46,547 bases of DNA from Candidatus Dormiibacterota bacterium. GTDB lineage: Bacteria > Chloroflexota > Dormibacteria > Dormibacterales > Dormibacteraceae. A model generated the notes under the pieces. It was not told the DNA's origin and searched no databases. It saw only the letters and a program-made list of their open reading frames with translations. The stretch is from assembly GCA_046727235.1 (NCBI GenBank), contig JBKPCF010000108.1, forward strand, positions 1-46,547, written 5' to 3'. This document shows positions 33,257 to 41,176 of the stretch, piece by piece (the stretch's first letter is position 1; the number at the start of each line of letters is the position of its first letter). A program made the translations under genes and the position numbers.

Positions 33257-34770
33257 CGGAGGCGCCGTTTCCACCAGGGCGCTACCCGCTCGTGGTCGTC
33301 GGAAGTGGTCCGGGCGCGCTGCAGCTGACCTACAGCCTGCGCCGGCTCGGCATCGAACACGCGGTCATCTCGCAGGACCCGGCACCCGGCGGCATGTTTC
33401 GCCGGTGGCCGATCTTTCAGCGCATGCTCAGCTGGACCAAACCGTTCGCCGACCACAAGCGCGGGTCAACCGAGTACGAGCGGTACGACTGGAACAGCCT
33501 GCTTCCGGAGGAGGAGGCCAATCGGGCGATCATGCCGACGGTCATGGACGGCACGTCCTACTTTCCATCCCGACCCGAGATGGAGCGCGGCCTGGTGACG
33601 TTCGTGGAGCGCACCGGGTTGTCGGTGCGGTACGGCTGCCGTTGGGAGTCGACCAGGCAAGACGGTAAGGATTTCGTGCTGGTCACGTCCGACGGCGAGT
33701 ACCGCGCGCCAACGATCGTGTTCGCGGTGGGGGTCGCGGAGCCGTGGCGCCCGTCAGCGCTCGTCGTCGAGGGCGTCCAGCAGTACGGCGACCTTCGTCC
33801 AGCCGAGACGTACGCGAACAGGCGCGTGTTCATCGTCGGCAAGCAGAACTCCGGATTCGAGATCGCGACCGGCCTGCTCCCCTGGGCGCGCCAGATCGTG
33901 CTCGCGTCACCGAGTCCGACCAAGCTCTCCGTCGACACTCGATCGCTGGTCGGGGTGCGGGCGCGGTACGTGCAGCCGTATGAGGACTGGGCCCTTGCAG
34001 GCGGAGTGCTCGTCCTCGACGCATCGATCGAATCGGTCGAGCGCGTCGCGGACCACTACCTCGTCAAGACCAGGAGCCCGCAGGACGGACACGACTTCAA
34101 CTTCGAGGTCGAAGACGTCATCGCCGCAACCGGTTTCGTCACGCCTTTGCTCGACCTGCCCGAGCGTGGCGTGGCGACGTTCGGTCAGAGCCGGCTCCCG
34201 GCGCAGACACCGTTCTGGGAAAGCGCGACGGTGCCGGGGATCTTTTTCGCCGGCACGATCATGCAGGGCTCGCAGGGACTGCGCAAGCACGGGATCCCGA
34301 GCAACTCCGGCGCGGTGCAGGGATACCGCTACAACGCTCGCGTGCTCGCCCGGCACATCGCGGAGACTCGGTTCGGAAAGCGTCTGGAGAAGCGCGCCTT
34401 GAAACCCGACCAGGTCGTGCCGTTCCTCCTCGCTGAGGCGAGCCGCGGCCCCGAGCTGTGGCACCAGCGTTCTTATCTTGCCCGCGTCGTGAGCATCGAC
34501 CCAGCACAGGGAATCGCGGACGAAGGGATTCGACCGCTCGCGCATTTCGTCGACGACCTCGAGGGCCAGGACGCTGTCGCCATCGCGCTCGAAGCCAACG
34601 GGCGCGACGATCCATACCCCGCGCTGTACCTGCGGATGGGAGGCAAGGTCAAAGAGCACCTGATGCACCCCCACCGGATGCTCCGATACGACGAGCCCGA
34701 GTATCAGCGTGAGCTCGGCTCATTCCTGCAGCCGCTCCTGGATGAAGCCTTGAGCCGCACGGCCCAGTGA
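33244..34770 (+). CDS. FAD/NAD(P)-binding oxidoreductase (flavin monooxygenase / YpdA-like two-dinucleotide-binding-domain family) with a roughly 120-aa C-terminal extension
   Basis: VVVGSGPGALQL (GxGxxG), FIVGKQNSGFEIA (second Rossmann motif) and IFFAGTIMQG. Start taken at GTG 33244, which overlaps the CNB gene by 13 nt. CTG 33253 and GTG 33292 are alternatives. The stop overlaps the next gene (GTGA). Confidence 0.75.
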   Translation: MAQLTEAPFPPGRYPLVVVGSGPGALQLTYSLRRLGIEHAVISQDPAPGGMFRRWPIFQRMLSWTKPFADHKRGSTEYERYDWNSLLPEEEANRAIMPTVMDGTSYFPSRPEMERGLVTFVERTGLSVRYGCRWESTRQDGKDFVLVTSDGEYRAPTIVFAVGVAEPWRPSALVVEGVQQYGDLRPAETYANRRVFIVGKQNSGFEIATGLLPWARQIVLASPSPTKLSVDTRSLVGVRARYVQPYEDWALAGGVLVLDASIESVERVADHYLVKTRSPQDGHDFNFEVEDVIAATGFVTPLLDLPERGVATFGQSRLPAQTPFWESATVPGIFFAGTIMQGSQGLRKHGIPSNSGAVQGYRYNARVLARHIAETRFGKRLEKRALKPDQVVPFLLAEASRGPELWHQRSYLARVVSIDPAQGIADEGIRPLAHFVDDLEGQDAVAIALEANGRDDPYPALYLRMGGKVKEHLMHPHRMLRYDEPEYQRELGSFLQPLLDEALSRTAQ

Positions 34771-37394
34771 CGCTCCCGACCGGCACCGTCACGTTCCTTT
34801 TCACCGACATCGAGGGATCGACACGCCTCATGCAGGAGGTGGGCGATCGCTACGTGAAGGCGCAGACCGACCACCACGCAATCCTGCGCGCGGCGTTTCA
34901 GGGCAAGCGCGGGCGAGAGCTCCGCACCGAGGGAGATTCTTTCTTCTGCGTCTTCGAAAGCGCCGTCGATGCATGCGAGTCGGCCGCGGACGCGCAGAAG
35001 ACCTTCGCGAAGCATGAGTGGCCGGAAGGCGTCGCCCTTCGCGTCCGCATGGGCCTGCACACTGGTGAAGCGCCGCTTGTGGGAGAGGAGTACATCGGCC
35101 TGGACGTCCACCACGCCGCCCGTGTCTCGAGCTCCGCGCACGGCGGCCAGGTCGTGGTCTCCGAAACCACGCGCGCACTCGTCGACGAGCACCTGCCGGT
35201 CGGCCTCTCTCTGCGCGACCTGGGCACGCATCGCCTGAAGGACCTCGCCCGACCCGAGCGCCTGTACCAGCTCGTCATCGATGGCGCCCAGGACCGCTTT
35301 CCCCCGCTGCGCACTCTTGACACCACGCCGAACAACCTCCCCACGCAGCTCACGAGCTTCGTGGGTCGCCAGGCCGACGTTGCTGAGGCGAAGCGCCTGC
35401 TGGGCACGACGAGGCTGCTGACTCTGACCGGACCCGGCGGCATAGGCAAGACGCGGCTCAGCCTGCAGCTGGCCGCCGAGGTGGTGCAGGACTTTCGCGA
35501 CGGCGTGTACTTCGTGCCCCTCTCTGCGGTCCAGGATCCGGGGCTCGTGCCTTCAGTTATCGTCAACATGCTCGGGGTCCCTGTCACGGGCAACCGGAAG
35601 CCGCTGGACGCAGCGATCGATTACCTCCGCGACAAGAACGTGCTGCTCGTGCTGGACAACTACGAGCAGCTCCTGCCAGACGGCGCGGCCGTGGTGTCCG
35701 AACTGCTCCACGCCGGCTCCGGTCTGAAAGCCCTGATCAGCAGCCGCGCCGTGCTTCACGTCTATGGCGAGCAGGAGCTCCCGGTCAAGCCGCTGGGGTT
35801 GCCAGACCCTGGAGCCATGACGTCGGCCTGGGCGCTGTCGCAGTACGAGGCGGTGAAGCTGTTCATCGAGCGGGCCGTCGCGGTTAGGCCCGACTTCCGG
35901 GTCACGAACGAAAATGCGCCGGCCGTCGCCGGCATCTGCGAGCGGGTCGATGGACTGCCGCTCGCCATCGAGCTCGCCGCCGCGCGCGTCAAGCTTTTCG
36001 CGCCGCAAGCCCTGCTGGCCCGGCTGGAGACGAGCCTCAAGGTGCTTGGCGCAGGCGCGCGCGACCTGCCGGGCCGCCAGCAAACGCTCGCAGGTGCGAT
36101 CGCGTGGAGCTACGACCTGCTCGACGAGCCGCACCGACGCCTCTTCAGGCGTTTCTCCGTTTTCGCGCGGGGGGCAAATCTCGAACAGGCCGAGGCAGTC
36201 TGCGGATCAGGCGATCTCGACATCGATGTGCTCTCCGGGCTCGATGAGCTGGCCGACCAGAGCCTGCTGCGGCGGATGCCGGATTTCGAGGAGCCTCGCC
36301 TGCTGATGCTCCAGGTGGTCCGCGAGTATGCCGCCGAACGCCTCGAGGAAAGCGGCGAGGCCGCCTCGATCAAGGACCGTCACGCCGACGCGTACCAGGC
36401 GCTTGCGGAGTCGGCGGCCCAGCATATCTTCGGCCCGGATCGGAAGAAGTGGTTGGACCGCCTCGAGCGCGACCTCGACAACTTCAGGGCGGCGTTCGAC
36501 TGGACTGTGGCCAGCGGCGACGCCGCGTGCGCGATGCGCCTGGGCGCCGCATTCTGGCGCTTCTGGCAGATGCGGGGGCACCTCCGCGAGGGGCGGGCGC
36601 GCATGGACGCGATCCTCGCCATGCCTTCCGAGAAGGTCGAGCGCGACGATCGCGCGCGAGCGCTGGAAGCCGGTGCCGGCATCGCCTACTGGCAGGCCGA
36701 CATGGCAGCTGCGCAGGCGATGTACGACGAAAACCTCGCCCTCGAGCGGGCCGGAGGGGACAGGCGGAAGATCGCGATGGCGCTGTACAACAACGCATTT
36801 CCAAAGCTCGTCACGCGGGCAAACCTGCCCGAGATGATCGAGATCGTCGAGGAGGCGCTGGCTGTCTACCGCGAGCTAGGCGACCAGGCCGGCATCGCCC
36901 GCTCCCTGTGGGCCATCGGCAACGGGCAAAACCTGTCCGCGCGCTTGCGCGAAGCTGCGCTCACGCTCGATGAGGCGATTGCCCTCTACCGCAAGCTGGA
37001 CGACCGCTTCGGCCTCGGCTGGGCCGTGCACACGCGTGCCCTGGTCGCCCTGCAGGAGAAAGACCTCGAGGTGGCTCGACGGTGCGTGCGGGAAGGGCTG
37101 TCCGTCTTCGCCGAGGCCGGCGACCTGACGGGCATGATCCTCCTCATCGACGACGCCGCCGCCATCGATGAGCTGTCCGGTGACCTGCCCGGCGCGTTGC
37201 GGCTTGCGGGCGCCGCGGCGGCGGGGCGCGACGCGACAGGGACGAGCCTGGCCAACATCGCGGGCGTCAACGAAGGCCGCGATTGGAGTCAGTCGATCTC
37301 TTCGGTGGATGAGGAGCGAGCCTGGAAGGAGGGCCAGGCGATGACCGTCGAGGAGGGTACTGCTCGGGCGATGGTCGAGCTGGCTGAGCCCTAG
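34767..37394 (+). CDS. Class III adenylate/guanylate cyclase domain - STAND/AAA ATPase - TPR protein (875 aa, no DNA-binding output domain)
   Basis: GTVTFLFTDIEGST...EGDSFFCVF...LHTGEAPLVGEEYIGLDVHHAARV..HGGQVVVS (cyclase homology domain). Walker A LTGPGGIGKT. TPR-like C-terminal half. A paralog of 19098..21986 that lacks the GerE HTH. Confidence 0.9.
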   Translation: MTLPTGTVTFLFTDIEGSTRLMQEVGDRYVKAQTDHHAILRAAFQGKRGRELRTEGDSFFCVFESAVDACESAADAQKTFAKHEWPEGVALRVRMGLHTGEAPLVGEEYIGLDVHHAARVSSSAHGGQVVVSETTRALVDEHLPVGLSLRDLGTHRLKDLARPERLYQLVIDGAQDRFPPLRTLDTTPNNLPTQLTSFVGRQADVAEAKRLLGTTRLLTLTGPGGIGKTRLSLQLAAEVVQDFRDGVYFVPLSAVQDPGLVPSVIVNMLGVPVTGNRKPLDAAIDYLRDKNVLLVLDNYEQLLPDGAAVVSELLHAGSGLKALISSRAVLHVYGEQELPVKPLGLPDPGAMTSAWALSQYEAVKLFIERAVAVRPDFRVTNENAPAVAGICERVDGLPLAIELAAARVKLFAPQALLARLETSLKVLGAGARDLPGRQQTLAGAIAWSYDLLDEPHRRLFRRFSVFARGANLEQAEAVCGSGDLDIDVLSGLDELADQSLLRRMPDFEEPRLLMLQVVREYAAERLEESGEAASIKDRHADAYQALAESAAQHIFGPDRKKWLDRLERDLDNFRAAFDWTVASGDAACAMRLGAAFWRFWQMRGHLREGRARMDAILAMPSEKVERDDRARALEAGAGIAYWQADMAAAQAMYDENLALERAGGDRRKIAMALYNNAFPKLVTRANLPEMIEIVEEALAVYRELGDQAGIARSLWAIGNGQNLSARLREAALTLDEAIALYRKLDDRFGLGWAVHTRALVALQEKDLEVARRCVREGLSVFAEAGDLTGMILLIDDAAAIDELSGDLPGALRLAGAAAAGRDATGTSLANIAGVNEGRDWSQSISSVDEERAWKEGQAMTVEEGTARAMVELAEP

Positions 37395-37795
37395 AGCTTC
37401 TTCCGGCCCCCGAATCCCTCGCCGACACGGTGCCAGTGCTCGACGCGCTCTTCGCCCAGCTTCCAGCACAGTTCGATCAGCTCGCCGTCGCGATAGGAGG
37501 GAAAGTCGATCAAACCCTCGAGCGGGCCCTTGAGCTGGATGCCCATGCTGTTGAGGTTCAAAACAGCTTTGAGCAGCTCCTCCTCGGCGCCCTGGACGGC
37601 GTCGTGAGCCTGCTGCTGGCGCTCTCTGTCCTCGCCGTTGGCGCTCGGGCGTTGAGCCGCGTACTCGGCCATGCGCAGCTGCTCCTCGAGGTCGGGACGG
37701 AGCGCCGACAGCTCCGCGATCTGCGCCACGATCGGGCGCACGCGCGGCAGCTCGCGGTTTGCCTCGTCGACCGTGTACGTCCGGAGCCGCTGCAC
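37391..37795 (-). CDS. DUF2203 domain protein
   Basis: YTVDEANRELPRVRPIV... and ...GIQLKGPLEGLIDFPSYRDGELIELCWKLGEERVEHWHRVGEGFGGRKKL match the DUF2203 pattern. Start placed at GTG 37795. The track start is 37846 and ATG 37834 is an alternative. Confidence 0.75.
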   Translation of the reverse strand: MQRLRTYTVDEANRELPRVRPIVAQIAELSALRPDLEEQLRMAEYAAQRPSANGEDRERQQQAHDAVQGAEEELLKAVLNLNSMGIQLKGPLEGLIDFPSYRDGELIELCWKLGEERVEHWHRVGEGFGGRKKL

Positions 37796-37817
37796 GGCCT
37801 CAACGATACTTCGTCCG

Positions 37818-38228
37818 ATGGAGGCGACGGACATGCGACAGCGCATTTACTCGGCGCGCGTCGCCCGGCTCGCAACTGCGGACGCAGATGGAACGCCGCA
37901 TGTCGTGCCCATCACCTTCGCCCTCGACGGCGACACGATCTACTTCCCCGTCGACGCCAAGCCGAAGCGCACCACCGACCTCAAGCGGCTGCGGAACATC
38001 GCCGCCAACCCCGCGGTGGCCGTCCTGGTCGATCACTACGAGGAGGACTGGAGCCGGCTGTGGTGGGTGCGGGTGGATGGGACCGCCCGAGTGGTCGAAG
38101 ACCGAGCACGCGCCGACCGCGCGATCGTGCTGCTGGTCGAACGATATGACCAGTACCGCAAAGCGCGGCCCAGCGGCCCGGTGGTCGCGATTTCGATCGG
38201 ACGCGTGACCGGCTGGTCTGCGACCTGA
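37818..38228 (+). CDS. PPOX-class (pyridoxamine 5'-phosphate oxidase-like), probable F420-dependent enzyme (Rv0121-like family)
   Basis: ARLATADADGTPHVVPITFALDGDTIYFPVDAKPKRTTDLKRLRNIAANPAVAVLVDHYEEDWSRLWWVRVDGTA. The start is ATG 37818 or ATG 37833. Confidence 0.8.
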   Translation: MEATDMRQRIYSARVARLATADADGTPHVVPITFALDGDTIYFPVDAKPKRTTDLKRLRNIAANPAVAVLVDHYEEDWSRLWWVRVDGTARVVEDRARADRAIVLLVERYDQYRKARPSGPVVAISIGRVTGWSAT

Positions 38229-38244
38229 TCGACGCTGATGAGAC

Positions 38245-38273
38245 TTGACAAGACTAGACGTCTAATCTAGTTT
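38245..38273 (+). promoter_or_regulatory. Sigma-70-type promoter positioned for a leaderless TetR-operon mRNA
   Basis: TTGACA (38245-38250), a 17-nt spacer, then TAGTTT (38268-38273). The GTG start (38280) lies 7 nt after the -10 element. There is no room for a Shine-Dalgarno sequence. The stretch is locally AT-rich within a high-GC genome. Confidence 0.55.
38255..38264. promoter_or_regulatory. Perfect 10-bp palindrome TAGACGTCTA within the promoter spacer (candidate TetR operator)
   Basis: Read directly. It is flanked by additional AGAC and GTCT half-site-like repeats (gAGACttgacaAGACTAGACGTCTAatctagtttcGTCTc). Confidence 0.5.
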
Positions 38274-38279
38274 CGTCTC

Positions 38280-39056
38280 GTGAGCGTACGGCAACGCATC
38301 GTCGAGCTCGCGCCGCGCGTGCTCATCGAGCGCGAGAGGCCGACCGTGGACGACTTCGCGCGGGCCGCCGGCGTGTCCCGAGCCAGCTTCTACCGCCATT
38401 TCAGGTCGCGCGAGGCGCTGCTCGACGCCCTCGACGTCGCGCCAGAGGCCGACGCGCGGGAACGGATCCTCCGCGCGGCCGCGCAGATGGTTGGCGCGCA
38501 CGGCATGAACGCCATGTCGATGGACGAGCTCGCGACGCAAGCCGGCGTCTCGCGCGCGACCCTCTATCGCGTCTTTCCCGGCAAGGCGCCGCTTCTGACC
38601 GGGCTGATCGACTCTTACTCCCCCCTCGAGCCGGTGACGCAGCTGCTGCTCGCCAGGTCGGATGAGCCGCCGGCGAAATTGATGCCCGAGCTGGCCCGAA
38701 CGGCGTACCGCGCGGTGTTCTCGGCAGGCGAGAACCGCAGCGGCCTGGTTCGCGCGCTGTTCTTCGAGGTCAGCGGCCTGGCCCCCGAAACGGAGCAGGC
38801 TGCTGCAAGCGCGATCACCAACGTCGTCGGGCTGCTCGCGATGTACGTGTCCACCCAGATGTCCGCCGGCCGGCTGCGGCGCATGCATCCACTGCTCGCT
38901 TTGCAGTCGTTCATCGGTCCGGTCCTGTTTCACATCCTGACCAGGCCGCTCGCCGAGCGCGTGCTCGGCCTGGACGTCGACGGCGAGGAAGCCGTCACAG
39001 AACTTGCCGGGATATGGCTTCGCGCAATGGTCATCGAGGAGAAAGGAGATGAATGA
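38280..39056 (+). CDS. TetR-family transcriptional regulator with a duplicated N-terminal HTH module
   Basis: Two consecutive TetR_N-like HTH units: PTVDDFARAAGVSRASFYRHFRSREALL and MSMDELATQAGVSRATLYRVFPGKAPLL. A helical ligand-domain-like C-terminus follows. Confidence 0.85.
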   Translation: MSVRQRIVELAPRVLIERERPTVDDFARAAGVSRASFYRHFRSREALLDALDVAPEADARERILRAAAQMVGAHGMNAMSMDELATQAGVSRATLYRVFPGKAPLLTGLIDSYSPLEPVTQLLLARSDEPPAKLMPELARTAYRAVFSAGENRSGLVRALFFEVSGLAPETEQAAASAITNVVGLLAMYVSTQMSAGRLRRMHPLLALQSFIGPVLFHILTRPLAERVLGLDVDGEEAVTELAGIWLRAMVIEEKGDE

Positions 39057-39768
39057 GACCTACGCCGTGAATGTGGACAACGTGTCCAAGTCGTTCGGCG
39101 CGCTCAAAGCGCTGAACGGGGTGACGCTGCGGGTGCAGCGCGGAGAGATCTACGGGCTGCTCGGGCCCAACGGCGCCGGGAAGACGACCTTGATCCGGCT
39201 CATCTGCGGGCTGCTCGAAGCACACGCGGGCAGGGTGACCGTGCTCGGGCAGCGAATGCCGAACGTCGCCGTGCTGCGCCACATCGGCTACATGACGCAG
39301 CAGGCGGCGCTCTATCCCGCGCTGTCGGTGGAGGAGAACGTCGACTTCTTCGCCGCGATCAACGGCGCGGAGGCAGGAGTCAAGGACGCGCTGGAGCTCG
39401 TGCAGCTTTACGAGCGCCGCGGCTCGGTGGTCGCGACCCTCAGCGGTGGCTTGCGCCAGCGGTGCTCGCTCGCATGTGCCCTCGTCCACCGGCCGGAGCT
39501 GCTGCTGCTGGACGAGCCGACGGTCGGCATCGATCCGCAGCTCCGCGTCCAGTTCTGGGAGTACTTCCGCCAGATGGCGGCGGACGGCACGACCATCATC
39601 GTGTCGAGCCACGTCATGGACGAGGCGGACCGCTGCCGGCGACTCGGTCTGATCCAGTACGGCAGGTTGCTCGCCGAGGGCACTCCCGCCGACATCCGCG
39701 CCCAGGGAGGATCGCAGAACCTCGAGGAAGCGTTCCTGTCGCTCGCGGGCAGGGGGGCAGAGTCATGA
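39049..39768 (+). CDS. ABC transporter ATP-binding protein (ABC-2 / DrrA-like)
   Basis: Walker A GPNGAGKTT, signature LSGGLRQR, Walker B LLLLDEPT. ATG 39049 overlaps the TetR stop (ATGAATGA), with GAGGAG 8 nt upstream. Confidence 0.9.
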   Translation: MNETYAVNVDNVSKSFGALKALNGVTLRVQRGEIYGLLGPNGAGKTTLIRLICGLLEAHAGRVTVLGQRMPNVAVLRHIGYMTQQAALYPALSVEENVDFFAAINGAEAGVKDALELVQLYERRGSVVATLSGGLRQRCSLACALVHRPELLLLDEPTVGIDPQLRVQFWEYFRQMAADGTTIIVSSHVMDEADRCRRLGLIQYGRLLAEGTPADIRAQGGSQNLEEAFLSLAGRGAES

Positions 39769-40865
39769 GCGGCCACCGCATTCGCGCGATCACCCGAAGA
39801 CTGCTCCAGGGATTCCGCCGCGACCGGCGCACGCTGGCGCTGCTGTTCGTGGCGCCGATCGTGATCCTTGGCCTGCTCGGCTACCTGATGCGAGGCTCAT
39901 CGAGCGCACCGGCGGTCGGCATCGCGAACCAGGACTCGGGTCCGCTAGGTGTCGTCGTCGCGGAGGCGCTGAAACAGTCGAGCCACATCGCGACCAGCGA
40001 GATCAACCCGGCGGACGGCGACGCAAAGCTCAGGGACGGGTCGCTCGTTGCGTACATCGTCCTCCCGTCCGATTTCAGCCAGCAGGCACAGAACGGAAAC
40101 GTGTCCCCCGAGGTCCATCTCGAAGGATCTCAGCCGGGCGAAGACGCGCCGGTGCTCCAGGCGCTTCAGCAGGCGCTGACCACGCTCGCATCGCGTGTGG
40201 CGGGACGCAACGTGAACTTCCAGCCCAAGGTCTCTTATCTCTACGGCGGCTCGGACTATGACACCCTCGACTACTTCGGGGCGGCCTTTGTGGGCCTGGT
40301 CGTTTTCTTCCTCGTCTTCGTGATCACGATCGTGTCGTTCCTCAACGAGCGCTCACAGGGGACCCTGGAGCGCTTGATGGCGAGCCCGTTGCGCCGCGGC
40401 GAGATCGTGGTCGGCTACATGCTCGGATTCACGGTCATCGCCCTGGTCCAGGCGGCGGAGGTGCTCATCTTTTCGCTTGCCGTGCTGCGCATCCACAACC
40501 AGGGCAGCGTGCTCCTCATCTTCGGCATGGAGGCGCTGATGGCGGTCGCGGCGGTCAACCTCGGCATCTTCCTCAGCATGTTTGCGCGCTCCGAGTTCCA
40601 GGCGGTGCAGTTCATCCCACTCGTCGTCGTGCCGCAGATCCTGCTGTCCGGGATCATCTTCCCCGTCTCGACCGAACCTGCCGCGCTGCAATGGCTTTCC
40701 AACGTCCTCCCCCTCACCTACGCCGTGAACGGCATGCGCGACATCATGGTCAAGGGCGCGGACCTGACGTGGTCGTCGCTGCAGGTCGATGCGGCGGTCG
40801 TGGCCGGCTTCGGGATCCTCGTGATCATCGCTGCCACGGCAACGCTTCGTCGTAGGCTCGGCTAG
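39765..40865 (+). CDS. ABC-2 type transporter permease
   Basis: N-terminus RRLLQGFRRDRRTLALLFVAPIVILGLL, a large extracytoplasmic loop, then about 5 C-terminal TM helices. The ATG overlaps the ATPase stop (ATGA). Confidence 0.85.
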   Translation: MSGHRIRAITRRLLQGFRRDRRTLALLFVAPIVILGLLGYLMRGSSSAPAVGIANQDSGPLGVVVAEALKQSSHIATSEINPADGDAKLRDGSLVAYIVLPSDFSQQAQNGNVSPEVHLEGSQPGEDAPVLQALQQALTTLASRVAGRNVNFQPKVSYLYGGSDYDTLDYFGAAFVGLVVFFLVFVITIVSFLNERSQGTLERLMASPLRRGEIVVGYMLGFTVIALVQAAEVLIFSLAVLRIHNQGSVLLIFGMEALMAVAAVNLGIFLSMFARSEFQAVQFIPLVVVPQILLSGIIFPVSTEPAALQWLSNVLPLTYAVNGMRDIMVKGADLTWSSLQVDAAVVAGFGILVIIAATATLRRRLG

Positions 40866-40867
40866 GA

Positions 40868-41176
40868 ATGTTGCTGGTCTGCTCGCGCCGCTGCGGCGGC
40901 GCCCTTTTTCGCGCCCTTTTCGCGGAGGTCGAGGTCGACTCGGCCGGCGTCTACCAGGACCACAAGGTGACGCAGCCCAGCTACGTGTGCCTGAACTGCG
41001 GCGCGCCGGCGCTCGACCTTGGCCTGGTACCTGAGGAGATGCAGGCCGAAGCTCGCGCGGAAGAGGCAGCGGCGATCGCGACAACCGATGTGCTCTGCCC
41101 GGTGTGCGAGACGATGGTCCAGCTCGACGCGAACATGGAGTGCCCGAACTGCGGGTCGCCGCTCGAGGTGGCCTAA
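40868..41176 (+). CDS. Hypothetical double zinc-ribbon protein (102 aa)
   Basis: Four Cys pairs: CSRRC, CLNC, CPVC and CPNC. It starts 2 nt after the permease stop. Its 3' end overlaps the convergent mshC-like gene by 4 nt. Confidence 0.5.
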   Translation: MLLVCSRRCGGALFRALFAEVEVDSAGVYQDHKVTQPSYVCLNCGAPALDLGLVPEEMQAEARAEEAAAIATTDVLCPVCETMVQLDANMECPNCGSPLEVA

